This document shows positions 37,040 through 49,989 of a stretch of DNA of 64,000 nucleotides, piece after piece. Each line of letters opens with the position of its first letter. Positions within the stretch are counted from its first letter, which is position 1. The notes under the pieces are model-generated. The model had not been told where the DNA came from and did no database searches. It worked only from the letters and a program-made list of their open reading frames with translations. The stretch comes from Mobula hypostoma (Eukaryota): assembly GCF_963921235.1 (NCBI RefSeq), contig NC_086108.1, positions 100,194,001 to 100,258,000 on the forward strand, read 5' to 3'. The position numbers and the translations under genes are program-made.

Positions 37040-38140
37040 AGCACTTGAATTAAAGATTAGAATTAAAAGGAAGAATCTGTAATTGAAAATCAGGTTGTCG
37101 AGTGAATGTGGATGAAGCTAAGAAATACGAAGTAACCAAAAACATTTCCATGTGGGCCATTAAACTGTATTAGATATTACAGAGCTGTATAGGCCAGGAA
37201 ATTAGAGATGTATCAATGGTAATAGAGTAATCACAGGGGACTTTTATCTGCAGTACATCTAGACTGGGCAAACTAATATTAGTAATGATAATGTAGACGA
37301 CAAGGTCGTGGAGTGTTTGAAAGATGGTTTTCCAGATTAGTACAGTATATTGAAAAATCAACAAGGGAGCTGGTTACTTTATTGTGTAATTGGAAAGGGT
37401 TAATTGATGACCCAGTAGTTGATGACCCTGAAATGAACAACAGTCAAAGCATGATTGAATTTTAGATAAAATTTAAAAGCATTTTAATTCTCTCTAAGAC
37501 TGAAGTCTTAAAACTTAATCGGGGAAACAATAAAGGTATGACTGTGGTTAGGTTTAGACGACCACATTAAAGTTATGTCAATAAGCCAAGAAGTCTAATT
37601 TTTTGAAGAAATAATATACAGTTTTCAAGTCACATATATCACTCTAAGGCAAAAATAAAGTACATGTGTTTCACCAATGGCTAACCACAGAAAATGAAAA
37701 TAAAATTAGATAGGAGAGAAAGGCTTATAATTTGTCAATAAAAGCAGTAAGTCTTTTACTTTGAGGATTGGGAAAGTTTCAGAATTCAGCATAGGAGGTT
37801 CAAGGCATTGTAAAGGAAAGTGAAATATGCGATAAGGCAGGCAGAAACATAAAAACAGACTGGTAACACTTTGGTAGACGTGAATAGGGAAAAGATTGGC
37901 TGTAATTAATGTGAAAATAAGACAAAGAAAAGTATATTTTAGAATTAAAAATGACAAAAAAGTATGTTTTGTATCTGAAGAAGAACAAAAAAAACCTTCC
38001 AGATAATTAAAGGTCTATGGTTTAAAAAAACAAGAATTTAGTATTAGTAAAAATTTAATATTAGGAAAATTAATGGGGAAAAGGTCCAGAAATCTCCAGG
38101 ATCTGATGATTTGTGCCCCAAGCCATTGAGGGAGATGGCC
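37040..38140 (+). mobile_element. Old AT-eroded CR1 ORF2 fragment (APE to linker)
   Basis: Degenerate GDF, ECLKDGF, MIEF and KSPGSDDLCP motifs, colinear with 4261-5856. Confidence 0.6.
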
Positions 38141-39792
38141 ATCAAACATTAACTCTGTTTCTGTTATCACAGATGCTGCCTGACCTGCTGTGTGTTTCCA
38201 CTGCTCACTATGATGTCTTAGCTTCGGTTTGGCTGGGTCTCAACCATGGCTTGGTCTGCTAATTAACTTCTGTGGTTTCTATGGTTAAGATTCCCCCAGG
38301 TTGCCAAGGGATGTGGGCTGGTGTGTATTGGCTGCACGATTGCTTGACACAAGGATATTGTAAGTATATCATTTTTAATGCATCCCAAATAAATGTGAAA
38401 AGCATAATTTTGTAAAGATCAACACAAGAGATTTTGCGGATGCCGGAATCCAGAGCAAGATATTAAAAATGCTGGAGGAACTCAGCAGATCAAACAGCAT
38501 CTATGGTGAGGAATAAAGAGTTGATGATTTGGCCCGAGACTCAATAGAACTCTGTATTCCTCTCCATAGATATTGTCTGTCCTGCTGAATTCCTCCAGCA
38601 GTTTGTGCATGCTATTTTGTAAGCACTCCCATTACCATGAGTCCATTTCATTAAGGCCCTTACACCGGTGCCTTGAGGTGTATATGATGCTATGTGCCTG
38701 TAATGCTGCTGCAGGTAAGTTTTTCATTGCACCTTTACACATATGTAGATACTCCCCACCAATTAGTGCATCTACATGGAGAGCTGTCATAGGACAGCAG
38801 CGTCCATCATCAAGAATCCCCAGCACCCAGGCAATGCTCTATTCTGCCTTCCATCAGGAAAGATGCACAGGATCCTCACAACCCACCAGGTTCAAGAGCA
38901 GTTATTACCCTCAGTCATCAGGCTCTTATGCCAATGGGGATAACTTCACTCACCCCATTACTGAATTGTTCCTACAACCAATGGATTCACTTTCAAAAAC
39001 TCTTCATCTTAAGTTCTTGATATTTTTAATTATTTTTTAAATTCTTCTTCTTATTTTTGTGTTTGCAGAGTTTGTTGTCTTTCGCACATTGGTTGTTTGT
39101 CCGTCCTGTTGCATGTAGTCTTTAACTGATTCTATTGTGTTTCTTGTACTTACTGTGAATTCCCACAAGTAAAACGAATCTCAGAGTAGTATATGGTGAC
39201 ATATATGTACTTTGATAATAAATTTACTTTGAACTTTGAATTTATGACAAAGACAATAAACTAGGCTTTGACTTTGACATTGAATCAGGAAGATGCTAAT
39301 ATTCAGGAAAAAGTTCAGGTTCAGGAACAATTATTACCCATCAACCATCAGGCTCCTGAACCAGTCCTCTTTTCGCTCTCGCTAGCTGCTGTTGGAGGAA
39401 AGTACAGGAGTCTTGGGTTCCACATTGCAAGGATTGATCAGTGAGGCTCATGGCTGAAGACTCATTCTGAAGTACTTTGGGATTCATGTTGCATGTGTTA
39501 CTGGATTCTGGTTACTCGTTTTTTTTGCTGTTTTTGAGTCGTTTGATCGGGGTGATTGGTGAGGCCTGGGGTGCTTCAGTGAAGACTAGCTCTGCAGCCT
39601 GTACTCATCTTGCAGCATTGAACTGAATTAAACTGAATACTCCAGGACTCCTGAAAGGAGATATATTCCACATGTTGTTCATTTGCTTTTTACTATTTGT
39701 GCAACTTGTTCTTCTTTCTGCATATTGAGTATTTAATGTGTTTCTTTATTTCATGACTGCCTGTTCGAGAATGAATCTCAGAGTATTATTCT

Positions 39793-39986
39793 GGGGTGTA
39801 TGGGGTGTCAGGGAGGGGTAGCACCTCTGGTGGGGTAACATGTCACGTCCTTTTCAAGGTGGTTAGTCAACCTTTGGTCCCCACCTGGCACTCAGCTCTC
39901 ACCTGTGGCTCCCCGTAGCTGTTTGCATGCGACAGCAGCCACACCCCGGGCAACGGCTTCGACAAGCCGGCTAAACCAGGTGAGGG
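39793..39986 (+). ncRNA. Predicted HDV-like self-cleaving ribozyme
   Basis: P1 GGGGUGU/ACACCCC (39941-47), P2 CUCUCACCUG/CAGGUGAGGG, P3 GGC/GCC, L3 starting UCC, P1.1 GG (39948-49), P4 CGGCUU/AAGCCG, J4/2 GCUAAAC. Confidence 0.68.
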
Positions 39987-40354
39987 TAGCCGACGGGTCT
40001 CAAACCCTCGGTGAGATAGGGAGTTGTCTATCCCAGCATGTGAAGACAGACTCCGGCGGATTGAGCGGACGAGACCAATGGAAGGTCCAACGGTCAAGAA
40101 GGCGGTCTCTGCAAGCGTCGTGGAACGTGTAGAGCAGGACAAGACACAGAAGATGTCCTGGTCATCCACTGCGCCTAGTCCCATCTCCAGCCGTCTAGAC
40201 TCTGTCTTGCCACTGGACCCAGATGGGAATTGGGAAGAGAGAGTGAGGCTGACACTGCGCAACTCTCCCTCACTTAAATCCAAATCACGCGCTAGTCTCG
40301 ACACCATCATAATGGTGTCGAGGTCCTCATCGACGTCAATGATGGACGAACAAC
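39793..40354 (+). mobile_element. Non-coding retroposon with RTE-like 3' end
   Basis: Exact TSD ATTATTCT(G) at 39785-39793 and 40355-40363; 3' GTCCTCATCGACGTCAATGATGGACGAACAAC; inserted into a Rex-type tail. Confidence 0.8.
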
Positions 40355-41079
40355 ATTATTCTGTATGCATGCTTTGATAGTAAATGTACTTTGAACTTTG
40401 AACTTCCTATGGACTCACTGTCAGGATCTCTACAACTCTTGTTGAACACAGAACAGTACAGCACAAGTACAGGCCCTTCAGCCCATGATGTTGTGCTAAA
40501 CTCATTAAACTTGAAATAAAATGCTTAACTAAACTAGGGATCCTATCCGTCCCTTCTCAGTATATTTATGTGTGGGTATTGGTTTATTATTGTCACAGTA
40601 CAAAGATACAGTGAAAATCTTCTCTTGCATACTGTTCATGCCGATCAAATCATTACGCAGTACATTGAGCTAGAGTAAGGTAGAATAATAGCAATGCAGA
40701 ATAAAGTGTAAAAGGTACTGAAGAGTGTAGGGCAGGTTAACAATAAAGTGCCAAGTCCTAACGAGGTAGATTTCTCAGTACTATTTATTTTACTTGTACG
40801 ATATGTCTTCTTTTGCACATTTCTGGTTTGTCAGTGATTCTATTGTCTTTCTCTGTTCTGCTGTAAATTAATGCTGGAAAATGAATCTCAAGGTAGCATA
40901 TACATACATACACATACATACTCAGATAATAAACTTGCTTTGAGTTTTTTGAGGATGAAGGTACTCTTATATTTGGACTGTGTAAGTGTCATCAATTTCA
41001 TTGGACAGTAGATGCACAATGTAGACTTTGGTCTCTTTTCCAGAGTTGATGCTCATATCACTCAAAATAAAAATAGGAA

Positions 41080-41520
41080 CAAGACCATAAGATATAGGAA
41101 AAGAATTAGGAGATTTGGCCTATCAAGTGTGCTCCACCATTTCGTCACGGCTGATCCAATTTTCCTCTCAGCCCCAGTCTCCTGCCTCCTCCCCGTATCC
41201 TTTCATGCCCTGACCAATCAAGAATCTATCAGCCTCTGCCTTCAATATGCATAAAGACTTGGCATCCACAGCTGCCTGTCGTACCAATTTCCACAGATTC
41301 ACCATTCTGTCTTAAGAAATTCCTCCTCATCTCCATTCTAAAGGATGTCTCTCTATTCTAAGGCTGTGTCCTCTGATCTTAGACTCTGCCAGCATAGGAA
41401 ACCCTCTCTACATCCACTTGGCCTTTCGCCATTCGATAGGTTTCAATTAGGTCACCCCTTATTCTTCTGAATAGTGAATAGCCATCAAACACTCTTCGTA
41501 TGACAAGCCAATGAACAAGT
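41080..41520 (-). mobile_element. CR1 3' fragment
   Basis: YSLFRRIRGDLIETYRM coding plus 3' stem-loop and tail. Confidence 0.8.
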
Positions 41521-42157
41521 CCGTTGGAATCTAGCAAATCGTTTCCAGTTGCACACAACCCAGCTTTAGGGAATGGCAGTGATACAGACAGCAGAAAAGC
41601 AATTAAAAGAAGCAACTTCAAAGAGGACTTCCATTAAATCTAACTTGCATTTTTAATGAAGGTATCAATGCAAACCATTCACTACAAAGGGACAGTCCCT
41701 GATTACAATACAAAGGAAGCAACAGCTCACAACATTAAGTGGAGTAATCACTCAGACTTTTAAGTGAGTTTAGTATGCATGTGAGAGCAACAGGACTGCA
41801 GTTCACCTGCTTTGGTCTCTGATCATGCTGAGTGCACGTACCCTCCTTCAAAGCACAGGCATTTTTCCCTGTGCATTGTTTCAAAGAAATCCAGGTGGCA
41901 CCAGAATGATGAAACTGTCAGGAATTAACATTACGAGCACCAGGATTGCCATTAAGTGTCACCAGGGAACGTTACAGACAAGGCACTGGGGGAGAGTCGG
42001 TTAAATGTATCATGCAGGGATGCACTTCATCGAGGCTGGGACTTTGGGAAGGGATTATACAAAAGGAAAGCATGGGTTGTCTAATGGACAGGCTGGGATT
42101 GTGTGCACTAGAGTGTAGGAGAGTGAGAAGGAATGAAATCAGAATCAGATTTATTAT

Positions 42158-43010
42158 AGAACATAGAAGAGTACAGCAGAGAAACAGGCCCTTCAGCCCA
42201 CAATGTTGTGTCGAACCAGCTAAATCTAAATCAAAAATACCCAAACACTACTCCCTTCTACCTACAGCATGGCCATATCCCTCTATCTTCCATGTGCTAT
42301 CCAAATGTCTCTTAAAAGCCACTAATGTATTCGCCTCTACCACCATACCAGGCAGCGCATTCCACATATCGACCACTTTCAGAGTAAAAAACCTACCCCT
42401 CACATCCCCTTTGAACCTACCCCCCTCATTTTCAATGACACCCCTGGTATTAGACATTTCAACCATGGAAAACAGACTCTCTCTGTCCACTCTACTAATG
42501 CCTCTCATAATCTTATAAACCACAATCGGATCTCCCCTCAGCCTCCAAAGCGCCAGAGAAAACAGCCCAAGTTTATCCAGCCTCTCGTAATGGCACATGT
42601 CCTCTAAATCAGGCAGCATCCTGGGAAACCTCTTCTTCACCCTCTCCAAAGCCTCAACATCCTTCCCATTGTGAGGCAACCAGAACTGTAGACAATACTC
42701 CAGACGTGGCCTAATCAGAGTTTTATAAAGTTGCAACACAACCTCCTGACTTTTGAGCTCAGTGCCCCGATGAATAAAAGCAAGCATTCCATAAGGCCAT
42801 GTAGCTACTTTCAAGGAGCTATGAACTTGGATCCCAAGGCCTCTCTGCTCAGCAACATTATTAAGGATGAAATATTGTGGAATATTGGTAGCTCGGATTG
42901 GCTATTTGGAAGCTCGGCGATCAACCAAACTTCCAAATCGTTAAGGATTTTGCTCTGAACAGTGCATTGTCTCCTTGCAATTGTCCTACCAAGTGCAACC
43001 CTTCACATAA
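42158..43010 (-). mobile_element. CR1 3' fragment
   Basis: ORF 42248-42814 (YGMLAFI...RPRLEYCLQFW...RFFTLKVVDMWNALP). Confidence 0.85.
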
Positions 43011-43058
43011 TCACTAATACATTTCAAGGTAGTATATTGTGATATACTGTATACTTAC

Positions 43059-43214
43059 GACAAAGTATAGAAAAGAATATACGTCCTGACAAAGGGTCTC
43101 GGCCCAAAATGTCGACTGTACCTCTTCCTAGAGATGCCGCCTGGCCTGCTGCGTTCACCAGCAACTTTGATGTGTGTTGCTTGAAATTCCAGCATCTGCA
43201 GATTTCCTCGTGTT
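43059..43214 (+). mobile_element. Short Penelope terminal-repeat insertion with mutated hammerhead
   Basis: Exact 14 bp TSD TACTGTATACTTAC (43045-43058, 43215-43228); GTCCTGACAAAGGGTCTCGGCCCAAAATGTCGAC. Confidence 0.82.
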
Positions 43215-45179
43215 TACTGTATACTTACTTTGATAATAAATTTACTTTGAACTTTGACATATCAGGCAAACAGCATTAAGGACCCGCACCATCTGGGATG
43301 TGCCCTCCTCTCATTACTACCTTCAGGGAGGAAGTACAGGAGCCTGAAGACATACACTCGATGTTTTAAGAACAGATTCTTCCCCTCTGCCATCAGATCA
43401 CCGAGTAGCCCATGAAGCCATGGACTATTTAGCTCTCCCTTTGCACTCCCATTTTTAGTAAGGACGGCAAAGGTTACAAGGCGAATGGGGTTGAGAGAAG
43501 GATAATAAGTCAGCCATGATGAAATGGTGGAACAGACTTGATGGGACAAAATTACTTCATTTCATTTCTTATGAAATAATTTTTTATGTATTGCATTGTA
43601 CTTCGGCTGCAAGACAGCAAATTTCACAACATATGTTAGTGATAATAAACCTAATTCTGATTCTGACTTGTAAAATTTGTTGTTTTGTGGAGAGACATAA
43701 AAAATTACAATAAGTCACAATATAAATAAGTAGAGCAAAAGGGGAATAATGTGGAAGTATTCACGGGTTCATAGACCATTCTGAAATCTGATGGCAGAGG
43801 GAAGAGTCTGTTCCAAAAACATTGAGGTTGATGTTTGGACTCCTATACCTCCTCTCTGATGTAGTAATGCGAAGGTGGGCATGTTCCGAGTGGTGAGGGT
43901 CCTTAATAACGTCCTTCTTGAGGCAGAATCTTTTGAAGATGGCGCAGAATGTTTCCTCTTGTGGGAAAATCCTAAATTAGTGTCACTCTGTAACGTAAGG
44001 GGTCCCGTACATAAGACAGAAATGAACTTATTCTTTTCTATCTCCAAAGACTGGGAATCTTTGGAACTCTTTTCCTGAAACTATATTAAAAAATCCTCTT
44101 GAAAGACATCTGACAGCACACTAATTCCCTCAAAGTAATTGTCCATTCTTAAACAGGAAGGTGCTGCAGCAATTTTGCAAAGCCCCGCATGGTCTGACCT
44201 CAGGTTCAGAAATGGCAGATGCTGGCATCTGGAACACACACAAAGCACAAGAGGAACGTAGCAGGCCAGGCACCATCTTGGGAAGGAAATTGACAGTCAA
44301 TTCTATGGATATGTTGGTTAAGGGTAGGGCATCAATCCGAGACACCAAAGAGAGTCTCTGCCCTTTGAAAAGTAGCTGGGATCCACTCAAACGGGCTCAT
44401 TTCTTCTCAAAGAAATTAGATTGAATTTTTCCTTTAAATTATTGCAGCCGGAGGGAATAAAATATCAACATCTCCCCAGGGAGAGCTCCGATTTACAGTA
44501 GGGTGTTCTTAATAAATATTTGCTCCTTTCATCATTTTGTTTTTAATTAGACAGGTAGATGAAACTAATGAGCCAAGATTCAGACTTTTGGTCAACAGAA
44601 CTGGTATTTACAACCAGTTGTAGCTGTATCTCTCCAGGTTGGCCTTGCAGTCTCCAGACATTAAAGATTAATATCCTGGATGTTCCTGCAAACAACCCAG
44701 GAGTAAAGTCATTTAAAATAATTGATCTTTTTTCTGATACCTTTGAACACCTTCATTTATTAACTGTAAAACATGTTGCTGATGGAGGACCAGGAGCCTA
44801 AAAATTGGATCCATTAACATCCGCTTGTCACCTTAGGGATTTTTCCAGCAATGGGTGCACACCATAGAAGATCACAGTTTGCCTGCCTCACCTTGCCAGT
44901 ATAAACTGGATCCCAGATTTGGGATTCGATCCCTCAGTCTTGACTGAATTGGGACAGGGCATCCAAGAGTACATCATTATTACCATCTGAACAGACATCC
45001 CACTAATGCTGGGAGACCACGCTGCACAGGTTGTTCAAATATTGTTTCAAACTATTGGTATTAGTTTATTGTTGTCACATGTACCAAGATACAGTGAAAA
45101 GCTTGGCTTGAATTCTGTTCGTACAAATCAAATCATTACACAGGGCATTCGGGTAGAACTAGGTAAAATAATAACATAT

Positions 45180-45700
45180 GAACATAATAACTAGAAGGCC
45201 ATCCGGCCCGTCGAGCCAGCTCTGTCATTCAATAAAATCATGGCTGATTTGGCCGTGGACTCATCTCCACCTACCTGCATTTTCCCCATATCCCTTAATT
45301 TCCTTGCTATGCCAAAACTAACTGTGTCTTAAATCTATTTAATTAGGTAGCCTCTACTACTTCCCTGGGCAGAGAATTCCAGATTCATTACTCTCTGGGA
45401 AAAGAAATTTCTCCTCATCATCGCCATAAATCTATTCCCCAAATCCTGAGACTATGTCCCCCAGTTCTAGTCTCACACACTAATGGAGATAACTTTCCTG
45501 CCTCTAGCTAATATGTCTTTTTTAAGTGTATATGTTTCCACAAAGTCCCCTCTTATTCTTTTGAATTCCGTCGAGTATAATCCCAGGAGATTCAATCGCT
45601 CCTCATAAGCTAACCCCCTCATCTCCACAATTAACCTGGTGAATCTCCTCTTCATTGCCCCCAAAGCCAGCATATCTTCCCTCAAGTGAGAAGACCAGCA
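45180..45700 (-). mobile_element. CR1 3' fragment nested in a Rex-type 3' UTR
   Basis: RRFTRLI..MRGLAYEERLNLLGLYS coding. Confidence 0.8.
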
Positions 45701-46046
45701 TTGTGTGCAGGTGTAACCTCACCAGAATAAAGTGTAAAGCTACAGAGAAAGTGCAGTGCAGGTAAACAATAAGGCATAAGATCATAATGAGATAGATTGT
45801 GAGATCAAAAATCCAACCTAATATACTTGTCTCATCCACAAATCTCACCTGACAAGCAGAGTGATCTCCCTTGTCAGGAAAGCTGTTATCCCACAAGAGT
45901 AAGAAATCTTCCACATCGATTAAATCTTTAGGCCTGAATAGGACAATTTAAATTTACTATGCTATGGATGTCTGTATATAAGTTGTATTAATTTGTACAC
46001 TGTGTATATATTTGAGATGCATTCTACATTTTTGGATTTTATAGCT

Positions 46047-46235
46047 AAGCAGGGAGGGGTGTTGTGTATCTAATATTTAAGCAATATTTGAGTGTATATA
46101 CATACACATTGATTGAACATTCTTGTTTGCTTAAATAATTAATTATGGGTTATATGTAAAAATACGTTAATTGCATACGTCATGATGCTACCATGTGATA
46201 GGTGTGCGCCTCGGTGAAAGTAAACACAAAGTTAC
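46047..46235 (+). mobile_element. LTR-retrotransposon 3' remnant (polypurine tract + start of LTR)
   Basis: Purine-rich AAGCAGGGAGGGG immediately followed by TGTTGTG; truncated by a Rex tail. Confidence 0.45.
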
Positions 46236-49200
46236 AAAAAAAAAACGCTATTATTTCTTTGTTTTGTATTTGCACACTTTGTTGTCTTCTGCACTCTGGT
46301 TGAATACCCCAGTTGGCTGGTCTTTCATTGGTTCTGTAATGATTATTATTTTATAGATTTATGAGTATGCCCAGAAGAAAATGAATCTCTGGGTTGTTAA
46401 TGATGACATATATATGTACTTTGATAATAAATTTACATTAAACTTAGAGGTTCATTCAAGAGTCTAATATCAGTGGGGTACAGCCTCAGGGTATGTACTT
46501 CCAGGCTTTTGTTTCTCCTACCTGATGGGAGAAGGGAAAAAAGAAAATATCCGTGGTGGGTGGGGGTCTTTCACTATGCTGGTTGCTTTATACAGACAGT
46601 GAAATGTAAAGACAGACTTCATTGAGGGGAGGTTGGTTTCCTTCTGTGCTGAGCTGCGTCCACATCTCTCTCAGCTTTTGGCAGTTATGCGCAGAGCAGT
46701 TGCCATACCAGGCTATGATGCATCCAGATAGAAAGCTTTCTACGATGCACTAATAAAAATTGTCCAGCAGAGTTTTCTCAGGCTGATCATCCGCATCATC
46801 TATCTGCACAATACTCATGCTCTAGGTCCCTCTGTGACCTCACCACTCTGCTATAGAAAGGTTGGTCACATAGGCTTACCCACATCCAACAAGACTACTA
46901 TAGTCTGCTGATGAACGTTGCACTTATAAGCTCATGTTTGCCAAAGACGTCATCACTAAGGTATATGGTATTCAGTGAGAGGACGTTGTGCCTGGACTAG
47001 CCTCTTCATGCAGGTTACCGTCATCTTCACTCAGCAACAGAATCTTCACATGTGGCTGCTGCAGGTGTCTATCATGTCTCTCACTTGTTGCTCTCCACAT
47101 TGTGAGAGAGCTGATATCTCTCTTCGCTCCTCTTCCACTGGGCAGAAGATGCACTCTGCTCACATACAGACTACCATTCGATCTTGTAGAGGACCAATTT
47201 TGTTGCTTGCTATCTTTTTGCTCTTAGTACATTTGTAGAAGTCCTTAGCATTCTCCTTCACCTTGTCTGCCAGAGCAACTTCATGCATTATTTTAGCTCT
47301 CCTGATTTCCTTCTTAAGTGTTCTCTTGCATATCTTATACTCCTCAAGTACCTCATTTGCTCCTACCTGCCTATACCTGCTTGGCACCTCCTTCTGTTTC
47401 TTAGCCAAGGCCTCAATATCTCTTAAAAGCCAAACTTCCTTAAACCTGTCATCCTTGACTTTTATTCTGACAGAAACATACATGTTTTGTACTCTCAAAA
47501 TTTAACTTTTGAAGGCCTCTCACATACCAAGTACACCTTTGCCAAAAAAAACAACCTGTCCCAATCCATACTTGCCTGATTCTTTTTAATATCATCAGAA
47601 CTGGCCTTTCTCCAATTTAGAATTTCAACCTAAGGACCATTTCAATCCTCTTCCACAACTACCTTGAAACTATTGACATTATGCTCACTAGACGCAAAGT
47701 GTTCTCCTACACAAACTTCTGACACATTCCCTAGTAGGAAATCTAGTTTCACAATCTCTCTAGTTGGGACTTCTGTGTAATAGCCTGTGCTTTTAGCTTC
47801 AATTTACTGTTTGCAATTTACAAAAAAATTGAAGGTGAATTGCAAGCTTCCTGAACTCATTTACATTTACAGAACTGAAAACTGGTTCTTGATTGAATTA
47901 ATATCTGCCATGTTTACATAACTACAGAATACTCCCTAACACAACTTCCTCTTGGCCAATGGACAACAGTCTGTCCCACGAAGGCCAAACCTTAGGGAGG
48001 ATCTGATTAGGAGGGATAGTGAAAATGCCCTTCACTTTGGCACCCTTCCCCAATTAATAACCTACGTGTACCTATATCTACACTATCTAACATCCCTAAT
48101 TGGCTATCTACAAGACTGCACAGAAATGACAATAGAAGTGTCATCACTTGCTCTTCGCCCTTCAATCTATGATAGCTAAAACTATCAGTAGTGGCTGTCA
48201 GTAGTTACTCTCTGTGTAGGATTACAGCAAGATAACTTTTGTTTCAGGTTCACAGGCAACAGTTCACATTTTATGCTAGTATAACAGATTTTATCAGAAT
48301 GATCTTGACAATCACTCTTTTTCATCAATCTACAGGAGGGTTTGGGGTGCTCCCTATTCAATTAACTGCAAGAATCTCACCCCAGTGGCACCCCCTCCAG
48401 GACTGTCCCTTCGATCGCTGGTCCAACCACTGAATGGGCCCAGCTTATTTGTGTTCACTCCCCATTCAGCTGGGCTGGCTGCCTTCTGATACTGTGAGAG
48501 ATTTATTCTCTTTTTCTCAATCTGACTTGCCATCAAGGTTGTGGAACGTGTTGTCTCTGCCTTAACTCGGATCCCATCCCATCTATTCTCCCCAAAATCT
48601 TTCTATTCTGATCCATACAACTAGTCATCTACCTCCAAGAACCAGCCTTCATTACAACGTGTAGTTACAGTTATACTTTAAACCTTATTCACAGTTTGCT
48701 GACACACTTTATCACTGTCTTCTGCTCTTGGTTTCCATTCTCTTTCGTAGGAGTGTCTACTTCCAACAGGTGTGTTCAGGTGTAACACAGCGGGCAGGTC
48801 TTCATTACTTAGGTTCTCTGGAATGACACTGTTAGTGGATGGACTTGATCTGTCCACGAGGGAGACAAGAAGGTGAGTCGTACTGTTTAACCTGAGTCCA
48901 GTGTATCCACTGGCTGCCTCGCCAGGTCTGTACACAAACACAGGTGTCATTCATCCGGAGCACCACCTGTGCTGAGTGAACCCTGCCCTTTCAGTCAGCT
49001 CCCTTACCATGATTTGATCACCGCTGTGGAAGAACTAACTTCTCTCCCCCAGGCTCTCTCTGATCAGCAATATGACACTGCTATTTTGCTCGATCCCACA
49101 ATGTGTCACCCTGGTTACAGTGGTCCTTCCCATCTCCATGCAATCTTTACTAAGTTGGTTTCTTCCTGTATTCTTTCAAGATTTATCATCTCATTTCCCT

Positions 49201-49264
49201 CTGTTGCTCTCTTTGCCCCATGATCTGCACACTCTTTCTCCGCCTGCTCCGTTCTCTCCCATTT

Positions 49265-49840
49265 GTTTCCTGTGGAGCATGAAGAAAGCTTACCTCTCTC
49301 CCAGGATACTGGCAGACTTTTACCGCTGTACCATTGAGAGCATACTCACCAATGGCATCTCAGTGTGGTATGGCAATTGCCCCGTATCGGACCGCAAAGC
49401 ACTCCAGCATGTGGTGAAAACTGCCCAGCGGATTATCAGCACCCAATTGCCCATCATTGACAACATCTACAATAAATGCTGCCCGGGCAGGGTGAAAAGC
49501 ATTATCAGGGATGCATCTCACCCTAACCATGGACTTCTTACTCTCCTCCCATCTGGTAGGCGCTACAGGAGCCTCCGCTCCCGCACCAGCAGGCAGAGAA
49601 AGAGCTTCCTCCCTGAGGCTGTGACCCTGCTGAACTTCACATCACAGCGCTAAGCAGTATTGCATCCATATTGTACTGTCTCAGTACTTTTATATTTGTG
49701 TGCTGTAGCATTTTTTTATTCACAGTGATTTTGTAAATAACACTATTCTTTGCATTTCTGGTCAGATAATAAATGCATTTCATTGGCTTTGTATCTGTAT
49801 TCGGCACAATGACAATAAAGTTGAATCTAATCTAATCTAA
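49265..49840 (+). mobile_element. Rex1 3' fragment nested in the ERV
   Basis: FYRCTIESILTNGISVWYGNC...LLPSGRRYRSL; (AATCT)n tail. Confidence 0.88.
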
Positions 49841-49989
49841 TTTCTGGTAGATCTTTAATTGTTGCTACCTCTGCAGGCAGCTGCACTATTTCTAGCAGCT
49901 CTTGACTTTGGTTGGCCCCTAGCCTATCTCCTGACGTGATTCTCGATCATTGTCCTGCTTGGGGTTGTGATTTCTCTGTGAGCCATGTC

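Noticed and set aside
39867..40377. ORFs of 147 aa (-) and 117 aa (+) in the ribozyme-bearing element
   Set aside because: No domain resemblance; expected by chance in GC-rich sequence
44520..44620. Possible exon after a polypyrimidine tract and AG
   Set aside because: No recognisable protein or convincing donor site; unsupported without RNA-seq
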